Assembly: GCA_903885965.1 (NCBI GenBank)
Contig: CAISKQ010000060.1
Location: 21,220-85,219 of the forward strand
DNA: 64,000 nt
Reading direction: 5' to 3'
Origin: an uncultured bacterium
GTDB lineage: Bacteria > Patescibacteriota > Minisyncoccia > Moranbacterales > GWC2-37-73
Part shown: positions 55,587-64,000 of the stretch, one piece after another
Position numbering within the stretch: the first letter of the stretch is position 1
How the letters are laid out: each line of letters opens with the position of its first letter
Position numbers and translations under genes: made by a program
The notes under the pieces: model-generated
Told to the model about the DNA's origin: nothing
The model's database searches: none
Seen by the model: the letters and a program-made list of their open reading frames with translations, nothing else

Positions 55587-58500
55587 CTATTGCACAATAC
55601 TTCCTGATTTGCGTTTTCTCCAAACAAAGATTCCAGCTCCAGCAAGAATAATGACAAGTAACCATTTCCAATTCGAAGCCCAGAAACCTGATTGATTTCC
55701 ATTTTCTTGATCAGTTGTTTCGCCCAACACCGAACCAGTATCATTTGAGCCGCCTGAAGCTTCAGTGGTTTTAACCACGCTGTCGTTGTTGCTATTTTCA
55801 GAGGCAGCCTTGTCTTTTGAAGCTGGTTCTGTACCCTGAAGCACTCCCACAGCTACTCTATTACCAGTTGGAATAGTAATTTTAATTACCTTGGAAGCAC
55901 TTTGGTTGCCGGCAGCATCTTCGGTCACGACTTTGTAGAAATAGGTCTTTCCAATTTCAACGTCACTGTCCTTATATACCTCCTCTTGCCTATTTTGTTT
56001 AGAAACTCGTGAGCCACTGTCTTTAACGAAGTTCTTTTTGGTTCCACGATAGATATAAACCTTTTCAATTGATTTGTCCTTGGCATCCCAAGAAACTTTA
56101 ACATCTTGCGTCTCTGGACGATATTTAGCACCCAGATTCTTCACGGTGTCTGGAGCAAGCGTGTCTAGCAATTCTCCGAAAGAAGTAAAATGATAGGTCA
56201 AAATCTTGGTGTCAGTGCCGTTGCTGATGGTACACTCGCCACATACTGGGGCTCCAGTTGGACTGTCATAGGTTCCTGTGCAAATATTAGTGATCTCCAT
56301 CCATTGATTTGAACCAGCTGGGCGATAACCAACCGCCCCAGTCACACCTGGCAGCGTTATGATTACTGGAGTATCAAAAGTGATTGTTCCATTTGGTGAA
56401 CCAAGTGTGATGACAGTACCACCAACTGCAAAACCAGCTGGTGCTTTGCCGCCGTTTGGCGTGCCGGCAGTTGGCGCTGAAATGATTCCGTCCCAACTAG
56501 CTGGGCCAGTCACTTTCGTACCGTCCGGAATGACCACATCAGCAACGTCAGAATTGATAGTGATTTGTGGCAAGGTGCCAGTTCCTCCTGTGAGCAGCGC
56601 ACTCACATCAATGGTTGGATCTTGTGTGCCACTTGCCACTTCAACTGTCACATTTTGATTTTGATCCGTCAGCACGACTTGCGGATTGCCAGCATTAACC
56701 GTGGCATTTCCATCTCCGTCTGGGGCGGTTTGTCCGATTGTGAAAGTTCCATCAGCAGCATATGCGATGTCATAGTTTACATCCGTAGCATCAAAAGCAG
56801 TGATGCGATATGCACCAACAGTTTCACCAGCTTCACGGGTCAATCTCACCGGCGTATCAAGTGCCAATTCATTTTCACCATTCACAAATCCAGCATAAGA
56901 GGCCGTAAGTGTCGGATCAACAGCCCCATATGTTTTGCTAATATCATCAGCTGCAATAGTAAGAGCTTTCTGCTCAATAGTAAGGGTGCTATTCGTTGGA
57001 GTTACAGCATAGTTTGGATTAGAGCCAAGAGTCACAACGATTGCTGGTGTGCCAACATTAGAAAATTGAGTTGCAGTTGTGCCAAGTGTGTAGTTGAGTG
57101 CATCACCATTAATGATTCCAGCAACAACCGCTGTTAATTCTGGATTAACATCGCCATAAGTTTTTGTTTTAGCTTCAGCAACAACCGTCGCAGCTTTCTG
57201 CTCAATAGTAAAGCTTTGTGACACATCAGATGCTCCGTTGTAATTAGCATTGCCTGCTTGGTGAGCAGTCACAGTGCAAGAGCCAGCGCCTGTAATATGA
57301 ATTGCGTTATCGATACTTGAACAATTGCCAGAAGTGCTAAACACAACGGTCAGGCCAGAACTTGCTGAGGCGCTCACTGTAAAATCAACACCACCATAAG
57401 TTTTTCCAGACAATGCATCAAATGTAATTGCTTGATTTGCTTTAACAACATTTACCGTTCTTGTCACTGGTGTAGCAACGTTTCCTGCAGCATCGGTCGC
57501 ATTATAAGTTATCGTATATGTTCCAACCATATTTGTATCCACCGTTCCACTGGCATTCACGGCAACTGACGGATCCACATTATCAGTGGCAGTTGCACCC
57601 GCATCCACGTACGAACTTCCATACGTAATATCAATAGGGTTTGGATTATTAATTGTAATCACTGGCGGAGTTGTATCAACTGGTAGCGCTTGTACATATG
57701 CAGCATACTGCGAAAAATGACTCGTCCAAATTACCAAATCATTTCCAACGTCAATTTTACAACCACCATTTTTCCTAGCCAAATCTCCTGAATTTTGAGA
57801 ATCAGCAGCGCAAATATTAGCTATTTCAGTAAATTCTCCACCCACTTGCTTAAAACCAGTTCGCTTGCCAGCCTGACCAGGCAATAAAATCCTGACGGCC
57901 CTGTCAAAAGAAAGATTGGTGTTGATTGAGCCGACTTCAATTGCAGCATCAACTGAAAGTGCTCCTGGCACAGTTACGTCTTTTACATTTAAAGCGACTG
58001 GGGCGGAAATGATGCCATTCCAGTTTAGGTCTTTACTTGTAATTGTTGTCTGATTTGGAATTAATACTTGAGCAGAGTCTGAAGAAATTGAAATCTGTGG
58101 CAAAAGTCCAGTTCCATTGTCGCCAATAAGACTACTGACATTGACCGTTGCATTTTCAACCCCAGCTGCAACTGACACTACCGTAGCGCTTTGATTAGAA
58201 CTACTAACTAAAGCCTCCGAAGTGTCCGCATTGACATTGGTTGTTCCCCCTCCAGCCATAACTTGCTTTACTGTTGAAGTTCCTATGTTAGTAATATAGG
58301 CCATCCCAGGACCTGGGGAGACAAAAGGAATGTCAAAAAATGGCACGTAAGATGAGTTATTCCCCAAAATATCTTGAATATATAGATAAAACTTCCAACG
58401 TCCACCAGACGAATTTGTCGGAAGAGTTGCTTCGCAAATATATTTATTTTCAGCTATTTTTGTAACCAGCGTAGGAATAGCATATTGACTATTTCCTAAC

Positions 58501-61500
58501 AACTCACAAGAATTCTCATAATAACGGCCCAATGGCTCTGAAGTTTCAAATACTGCTGTGATTTTTCGTGAATGATTGTCAGTATTAACCGTGGTTGGTG
58601 TGACAGAAAAAGAATTGAGTTTTGGCCCAGTTTCATCTGAGATTTTTGCATCATTATTTATTACTGCTCCATCATGAGATGCTGGCCAGCTTTTTGTGTT
58701 TGAATCAAAACCAAAAGGATATCCATTTAGATAGCGTGCGTCATAATAACTATTATTCCAAAAACTATCTGCGAAGCTTAATCGAAAATACCAGTCTCCT
58801 TTTGCTGAACCTACTGGCAGTGTAAATTTACAAGTGTATTGATCTCCATTTTTTGTAACAATGTTATTATATATACCTCCCTGATAATTTTGACCTGTCG
58901 TATTTGAACCCAAATTACAGCTAACTCCATCATCATTTACACCAACAGGATCAGAAACTTTAAACGTTGCAGTTATGGTCTGCGCAGCATTTGAAGTGTC
59001 AACCGTAGTTGGTGTGGCGGAGAACTCAGTCAAGACTGGACCAGTTTTATCCGCACTTTCCGCAGGAGCTATATTAGTGACTTTAGCTGTCGCATTTGGC
59101 AACACAGCATTTATGCCAGAAATAACCCCATTATCATATTTATAATTAGGGTCATATCTATAACTAACATAATGACCGAAATTATCCGAAATATCATTTA
59201 TCCCAAAATACCAAGCTCCAGTGGCTGAAAAAGCTGGCAAAACAACCGTGCAAGTGTAATTATTAACTTCTCCTGGCACAGCCCTCAAAACTCCCCATAC
59301 ATACTGACTGTTTTTATCTGAATGAAGCTCACAAATAGCACCATCTCCTTTTTCATCTAAATAGATACCGTTTTGACTTGTGATTGTGATGTTTGCAGTA
59401 ATAGTGTCTGAAGAAGTCGAAGTGTTAACTTCTGCCTTATCTACAGAAAATTCCGTGAGCGCTGGGGGTGCAATATTTCCAAGATCAAAAGTCGACATAT
59501 TTTGAATCACTATTCCTTTTGCGCCAGGAACCTCATTTAAGTTTATTATGCCTTCCTGGACTCTTTCCCCTGAACCATAGGCACTTCCATTACCAGACCT
59601 ATCCTGAAAAAACAAATTAAAATCCCATTCTCCTTGCGCTGACAAACTTTCAAAATTAAAAATGCAAGTATATTGATCCTTTTTGCCAGTACTTGCAATT
59701 GCTCCATTATACCTTTGATACGCTGTTTTATTTGTTGAAATTAATTGACAATCTGAATTATCAATGTTAACCCCCGATGGATCTGAAACGGTAAAAGTTG
59801 CCGCAACTGTCCTAGAAGATGGCAAGTCCGTGTTGATAGTTGTTGGGGTAGCTGAAAAAGAAGTTACAATCGGACCAGACTCGTCCTTAATCAAAAAGTC
59901 TACTGCATGAGAATTACTTTCACCCAAACAATCAGCGCTAATAAATTCATTAATTTCAACTTTCCAACCTGAACCTTGAGTTGCACTGTCAGCTAAGGTA
60001 TAAGAACCTTTTTGTGGATCAACGCTACCAGCAGTGCAAGTACTAATATATGACCACGTTCCTTCGGGAGATAAAATAGCAAAACGATAATATTTATTAA
60101 CTGAAAGTGATGACTCTGTTTTAAAATAGATCGTGTCACCTGGTTGAAATTTTAAACTATTAGTTGTAAATCCTAGATCTTCATAGGTCATCAAGAAAGC
60201 TGTACTTGTCTGATGGTCAACCGCAGCTGTCGCTGGAAAAACTGCCGTCACCACACCAGAGCCAGCGGCATTGGTTGTGATTGCACCAGCGACCGTGAAA
60301 AAGTTTTCGGCAATACCATCTAAAGTGTATCCAGTTTTGGGAGTAAGGGAGATGATTGCAATATATGCCGTGCTCGAAGCAAATTTCGTCGGATTTCCAT
60401 TCCAGACAATTGTTGCTGAATATTGATCTGTGTCGGCGATGAAAGCTGTTGGGTTTGCACCAGTTGAGGGAGCGACTATTCCATTAATTTGGGCTTGCGA
60501 GATTAAAGCGGCAGCCGTTGCTGGAAACGTAACCATCACAATGCTAGAATTAGGCGCATTCGTCGTTGTTGCCCCTGCGACAGTGAAAAAATTTTCTGAA
60601 ACACCGCTTTGGGTGTATCCATCCTTGGGTATAATTACGATAGTCGCAGTGTATACCGTGTCTGGAGCAAATATCGACGAACCATTATTCCAATAAATCT
60701 TCGCTGAATATTGATCCGTGTCAGCGATGGAGGAAGTAAGCGTTGCGCCAGTTACAGGAGCTATTATCCCGTTGATTTGAGCTTGCGAGATCACAATTGG
60801 ACCCGACGGTGCCGATGGTGTTCCTGGAGCAAGTTCTCCGACTGAAAACAATGTCGCATGATCAGTCTGAAACGTGCAAAGACCATTAATTACAGCGCAT
60901 GTTTGATTCTGACCGTTCAATTGTTGTGTTTGCCAATCTGTTGCCCACTCATTTTGGGAAAAGACGTTGAGCGTCCTGCCATTAAAGTTATACCCAATAT
61001 ACATCGAAATCGTGAGCGGTTTAGAAAATGAGAGAGCTGTCCCTTCAATGCCTAAACGGATAACACCCGCGGAATCATACCCTGCAAGAGAACTGTTCAC
61101 CTGAAAAGTCAAATCCTGAGCTGTAAGGGCTGTCATATCAAACACGCCACCATCTTTTTTGCTGATTTCAGTCCCACTTGGGATCGTAACAGTTGCATTT
61201 GAAGATTCCAGCGTGTAATCGAGATTGAAAGTAGCCTTGTTTGCAGTGGCTGGACTCGTTCCGTCCATAGAAATGTAACCAGCTGCAATATCTTGACTAA
61301 GGATATCTATCGGAAAAGTCGGGTTTAAGGAAACAGTCCTTCCGTTTGTTATATTATAGGTCTCTTTCATGGTCGAGCTCTTTTCAAAACCCTCTTTCAT
61401 TTCAATTGCTTTCAGTGTCATTGATTTTGAAACTTCAATCGGCCCAGCATATAGTGAGGACTTCTCGTTAGGCTTCGACCCGTCCGTCGTATAACGAATT

Positions 61501-62573
61501 TCAGGATTTAAACTACTGTCCGTAGAATTTAATTCGACGCTAACCGTTTCAGGATAGACGCCTCCATAAATAGAGGCTATCGGCATATCTAGCGGTGCCT
61601 GCAATTTACAGTTATCGCCGTTATCATCACAACCATACCCATATCCATAACCTGCAGGCAAAGACATGGTTTGTTCGAACCATAATTTTATATTATTAAA
61701 CCACACTATTAAACTAGAACTCTTCTCCACAATGAGAAAAAGTGTGAAATGATCTAATTTAGCATCTATCTTGTTATCTTTTACTTTCACATCACCTTCT
61801 GGCACCGTTTCGGCTTTTTCGAGTCCAGCCACGTTCTCGGCAAATTTAATCTCAACATCTGACTGATCTTTCGGCTTCGGCAGAGTCATCATATAAGTAA
61901 AAGTCCCGTCGGCCATGTCGGACGTGATGTCATATGCCTTATTGGAAAGCGCATGCAGAGTCGCGACCTGCTCATCTGAAAGCGTGATTTCTTCAATCGA
62001 AAGCTTGCCCGCATCTTTTGGTAATTTCGTGAAGGTGACGGTCACTTGATCATTTTGTGGTGCCACATACGTTTTTCCCAACGCAACTACCACGTTAGTG
62101 GTTGCTTTATTTCCGTCATTGTTCCACTGCGGCAAAGTTTTGTCAGTCGGAGTTGGAGTTAGAATTGGTTCATTTTGAGCAGGTGCCACCTGAGTTTCTG
62201 TTGGCGCAACTGTTGCGGCTGGCATTTCAACTTTCGGAGTTTCGGGGACTGGAGTTAACACAACTGGTTTTTCAATTGTGACTGGCGGTGTTGCAACAAC
62301 TGGCGTTTCAGGAACCGAAGTTGACACAACTGGCGTCTCAACTTTTGGCGCATCTTTTATCACTTCACTGGCTGCTGGAGCTGGATCAGTTGTCACCACT
62401 GTTGCTGCGGTTACATCCTCAGCCTTGGCTGTCATCAACCCTGCAACCAAAAAATTCAAGCTAGTCATATAAAAAATCATGATTGGCAACAAAGTGGCTG
62501 CCACAATTCTTCTGAGCACAATAATTTCTCTCGACAAAAGACTTAATTGGAACATCCTCTTAATTGTGTTCAT
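55587..62573 (-). CDS. Giant multidomain cell-surface protein (FN3-associated, Ig-like repeats, DUF5011-like, MBG-like, FN3, C-terminal TM)
   Basis: Pro/Thr linker, IRYTTDGS.P, YVDAGATATDNVD, K.YG..DP.LT repeats, GSVLGETT then TM and RKRK. Confidence 0.88.
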   Translation of the reverse strand: MNTIKRMFQLSLLSREIIVLRRIVAATLLPIMIFYMTSLNFLVAGLMTAKAEDVTAATVVTTDPAPAASEVIKDAPKVETPVVSTSVPETPVVATPPVTIEKPVVLTPVPETPKVEMPAATVAPTETQVAPAQNEPILTPTPTDKTLPQWNNDGNKATTNVVVALGKTYVAPQNDQVTVTFTKLPKDAGKLSIEEITLSDEQVATLHALSNKAYDITSDMADGTFTYMMTLPKPKDQSDVEIKFAENVAGLEKAETVPEGDVKVKDNKIDAKLDHFTLFLIVEKSSSLIVWFNNIKLWFEQTMSLPAGYGYGYGCDDNGDNCKLQAPLDMPIASIYGGVYPETVSVELNSTDSSLNPEIRYTTDGSKPNEKSSLYAGPIEVSKSMTLKAIEMKEGFEKSSTMKETYNITNGRTVSLNPTFPIDILSQDIAAGYISMDGTSPATANKATFNLDYTLESSNATVTIPSGTEISKKDGGVFDMTALTAQDLTFQVNSSLAGYDSAGVIRLGIEGTALSFSKPLTISMYIGYNFNGRTLNVFSQNEWATDWQTQQLNGQNQTCAVINGLCTFQTDHATLFSVGELAPGTPSAPSGPIVISQAQINGIIAPVTGATLTSSIADTDQYSAKIYWNNGSSIFAPDTVYTATIVIIPKDGYTQSGVSENFFTVAGATTTNAPNSSIVMVTFPATAAALISQAQINGIVAPSTGANPTAFIADTDQYSATIVWNGNPTKFASSTAYIAIISLTPKTGYTLDGIAENFFTVAGAITTNAAGSGVVTAVFPATAAVDHQTSTAFLMTYEDLGFTTNSLKFQPGDTIYFKTESSLSVNKYYRFAILSPEGTWSYISTCTAGSVDPQKGSYTLADSATQGSGWKVEINEFISADCLGESNSHAVDFLIKDESGPIVTSFSATPTTINTDLPSSRTVAATFTVSDPSGVNIDNSDCQLISTNKTAYQRYNGAIASTGKKDQYTCIFNFESLSAQGEWDFNLFFQDRSGNGSAYGSGERVQEGIINLNEVPGAKGIVIQNMSTFDLGNIAPPALTEFSVDKAEVNTSTSSDTITANITITSQNGIYLDEKGDGAICELHSDKNSQYVWGVLRAVPGEVNNYTCTVVLPAFSATGAWYFGINDISDNFGHYVSYRYDPNYKYDNGVISGINAVLPNATAKVTNIAPAESADKTGPVLTEFSATPTTVDTSNAAQTITATFKVSDPVGVNDDGVSCNLGSNTTGQNYQGGIYNNIVTKNGDQYTCKFTLPVGSAKGDWYFRLSFADSFWNNSYYDARYLNGYPFGFDSNTKSWPASHDGAVINNDAKISDETGPKLNSFSVTPTTVNTDNHSRKITAVFETSEPLGRYYENSCELLGNSQYAIPTLVTKIAENKYICEATLPTNSSGGRWKFYLYIQDILGNNSSYVPFFDIPFVSPGPGMAYITNIGTSTVKQVMAGGGTTNVNADTSEALVSSSNQSATVVSVAAGVENATVNVSSLIGDNGTGLLPQISISSDSAQVLIPNQTTITSKDLNWNGIISAPVALNVKDVTVPGALSVDAAIEVGSINTNLSFDRAVRILLPGQAGKRTGFKQVGGEFTEIANICAADSQNSGDLARKNGGCKIDVGNDLVIWTSHFSQYAAYVQALPVDTTPPVITINNPNPIDITYGSSYVDAGATATDNVDPSVAVNASGTVDTNMVGTYTITYNATDAAGNVATPVTRTVNVVKANQAITFDALSGKTYGGVDFTVSASASSGLTVVFSTSGNCSSIDNAIHITGAGSCTVTAHQAGNANYNGASDVSQSFTIEQKAATVVAEAKTKTYGDVNPELTAVVAGIINGDALNYTLGTTATQFSNVGTPAIVVTLGSNPNYAVTPTNSTLTIEQKALTIAADDISKTYGAVDPTLTASYAGFVNGENELALDTPVRLTREAGETVGAYRITAFDATDVNYDIAYAADGTFTIGQTAPDGDGNATVNAGNPQVVLTDQNQNVTVEVASGTQDPTIDVSALLTGGTGTLPQITINSDVADVVIPDGTKVTGPASWDGIISAPTAGTPNGGKAPAGFAVGGTVITLGSPNGTITFDTPVIITLPGVTGAVGYRPAGSNQWMEITNICTGTYDSPTGAPVCGECTISNGTDTKILTYHFTSFGELLDTLAPDTVKNLGAKYRPETQDVKVSWDAKDKSIEKVYIYRGTKKNFVKDSGSRVSKQNRQEEVYKDSDVEIGKTYFYKVVTEDAAGNQSASKVIKITIPTGNRVAVGVLQGTEPASKDKAASENSNNDSVVKTTEASGGSNDTGSVLGETTDQENGNQSGFWASNWKWLLVIILAGAGIFVWRKRKSGSIVQ

Positions 62574-62875
62574 AATTTTTTTATTCGCCAGGCGGCGAAT
62601 GATTAAGTAAATAAAAAAATATTAAAATTTGTTAAATTAATTCGGAGCAACAAAAAAAACAAACCAACAAAAAGAAGCCATCTAATGATTTCCTTTTGCT
62701 AATTCGTTTTTTGCTTTGTTTAAACATAATACCAAGATTCACTCAACCCAATACTAGGCCCTAAAATAAGCCAACGGCAATTAATACCTTAATCATGCGC
62801 TTTTTATTTCCATTGTCAAGCAAACGGCAAAGCTCAATTCTAGATCCTATTTAAAGTCACCTGCCAAAATATAGT

Positions 62876-64000
62876 TTAGTTTTTCAAACTGATTCTATAA
62901 ACCCAAATAGCTTGAGCCAAATCAGCATTATCCTGAAAGACTACTTTTCCAAATTTTTGAATATATTCTCGCATCGCTTGACTCATGCGTGACTTTGACA
63001 TCGAATCAACCAAGATGTAGGCATTTTGCTGCTTTCGCAAAGGACTAGCAATGTATTTGTCTAAAGGGCTATGCTGAGTATATAGCATTGGAGTCCCGGA
63101 ATAATGTTCTTTCCCCAATTGACCCGTACTATCCTGAACTCTACCGGTATACGAAATAGGAATGGCAAAAGTTGAACGACCGAGATAGATTTTATCCATA
63201 TAAGGATAAGCTGAAATAATTGCATCCTCATCTTTGATTTCAGTCTTAATTTCTTGATATGCTTGCTTAAAGTTTGGCTGCGGAGTATATTCTTCCAAGG
63301 CAAATATCACCTGAGGAGTAAATAATAATGAATGAACCGTAAAAAAATCAAAAGTTAACAAGACAATACAAATAAATAAATATTTTTTTGTAGTTGGAAA
63401 AAGAAAATTCAGAGCATAACTACTATACATAAAAAGGAAGGGAGTGACAAAAAACAAATATCGATACTGATTGACAAGCACAAAAAATGAAAAGAACAAG
63501 GTGGCAGCAATAAAGAATATCCCAATAACAACATGAACTCTCCAGTTATTTTTTTCATATATAATTGCCAGTAAAAAACCAAGAATTGTCAAAAAGAAAA
63601 AAATTCCAAAAAATTGCCAAAAATACCCATTCAAATAATATTTTCCATAATTAACCATTCCCATCCCCAACGCGGAGATCAACATGTCTCGAAATATATA
63701 TATGCCTAGTCCGAGCAAGGCTATGGAAATTAGGCCTAGCCTATAAAGTTTTTTTAGAAAAAGATAACCAATAAGCGGAACCAGCAACAAAATGCCAGCG
63801 CTTTTTGAAGCAATCGCACAAACAACAAAGATCAAAACCGCTATCAAATATTTTTTTTCTAATTTTTTTTCATAAATAATCAAAAATAGCAACGCCATTA
63901 GAATAAAGAAAACCAAAAGCGCATATGGCCTAAGTTGTCTACTCCAAGCGATTTGCCAATAGGAAAAAGTAAACAAGAAAGCTGAAAACAAACCCACCTT
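62876..64000 (-). CDS. GT-C (ArnT/PMT-like) membrane glycosyltransferase, 5' end outside the window
   Basis: WQIAWSRQLRPYA, RYLFFVTPF, many TM segments. Confidence 0.75.
   Translation of the reverse strand, partial: KVGLFSAFLFTFSYWQIAWSRQLRPYALLVFFILMALLFLIIYEKKLEKKYLIAVLIFVVCAIASKSAGILLLVPLIGYLFLKKLYRLGLISIALLGLGIYIFRDMLISALGMGMVNYGKYYLNGYFWQFFGIFFFLTILGFLLAIIYEKNNWRVHVVIGIFFIAATLFFSFFVLVNQYRYLFFVTPFLFMYSSYALNFLFPTTKKYLFICIVLLTFDFFTVHSLLFTPQVIFALEEYTPQPNFKQAYQEIKTEIKDEDAIISAYPYMDKIYLGRSTFAIPISYTGRVQDSTGQLGKEHYSGTPMLYTQHSPLDKYIASPLRKQQNAYILVDSMSKSRMSQAMREYIQKFGKVVFQDNADLAQAIWVYRISLKN

Noticed and set aside
1-64000. Stop-codon reassignment (TGA or TAG)
   Set aside because: Housekeeping genes are full length in code 11, several end in TGA or TAG, and RF2 is intact; the internal stops are isolated lesions.

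Overview
AT-rich bacterial chromosomal segment with genes mostly on the minus strand. Gene content (DUF4012, PaaX/Cas2-like ORF, membrane-anchored Clp ATPase, giant VLG-anchored surface proteins) suggests a CPR/Parcubacteria organism, possibly Moranbacteria (inference). Positions 1-27 kb are a surface-glycan locus with GT2, GT4 and GT-C enzymes, an epimerase and wzm/wzt; the wzm-wzt junction is expanded by inserted genes and two decayed extra wzt 5' copies. Positions 27-55 kb hold housekeeping genes (pseudouridine synthase, ftsEX, frameshifted prfB, porCDAB, MacAB-like ABC system, rnhA), tRNA-Gln(CTG), tRNA-Thr(CGT) and a degenerate tRNA. Positions 55-64 kb hold a 2328-aa surface protein. The main unexplained structure is a set of cassettes bounded by inverted arrays of 7-10-bp repeats. 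They occur both loaded (with a GxxExxY nuclease-fold gene or a four-helix-bundle gene) and empty, and look like autonomous/non-autonomous pairs of transposase-less mobile elements. Also notable: a triplicated 28-bp promoter bracketing two inserted genes, a Phe-rich leader-peptide attenuator in front of an unknown gene and an M28 peptidase, hairpin repeats around the PaaX/Cas2-like gene, 87-bp REPIN-like elements, and a 6S-like RNA candidate. All calls come from manual reading; no searches were run.
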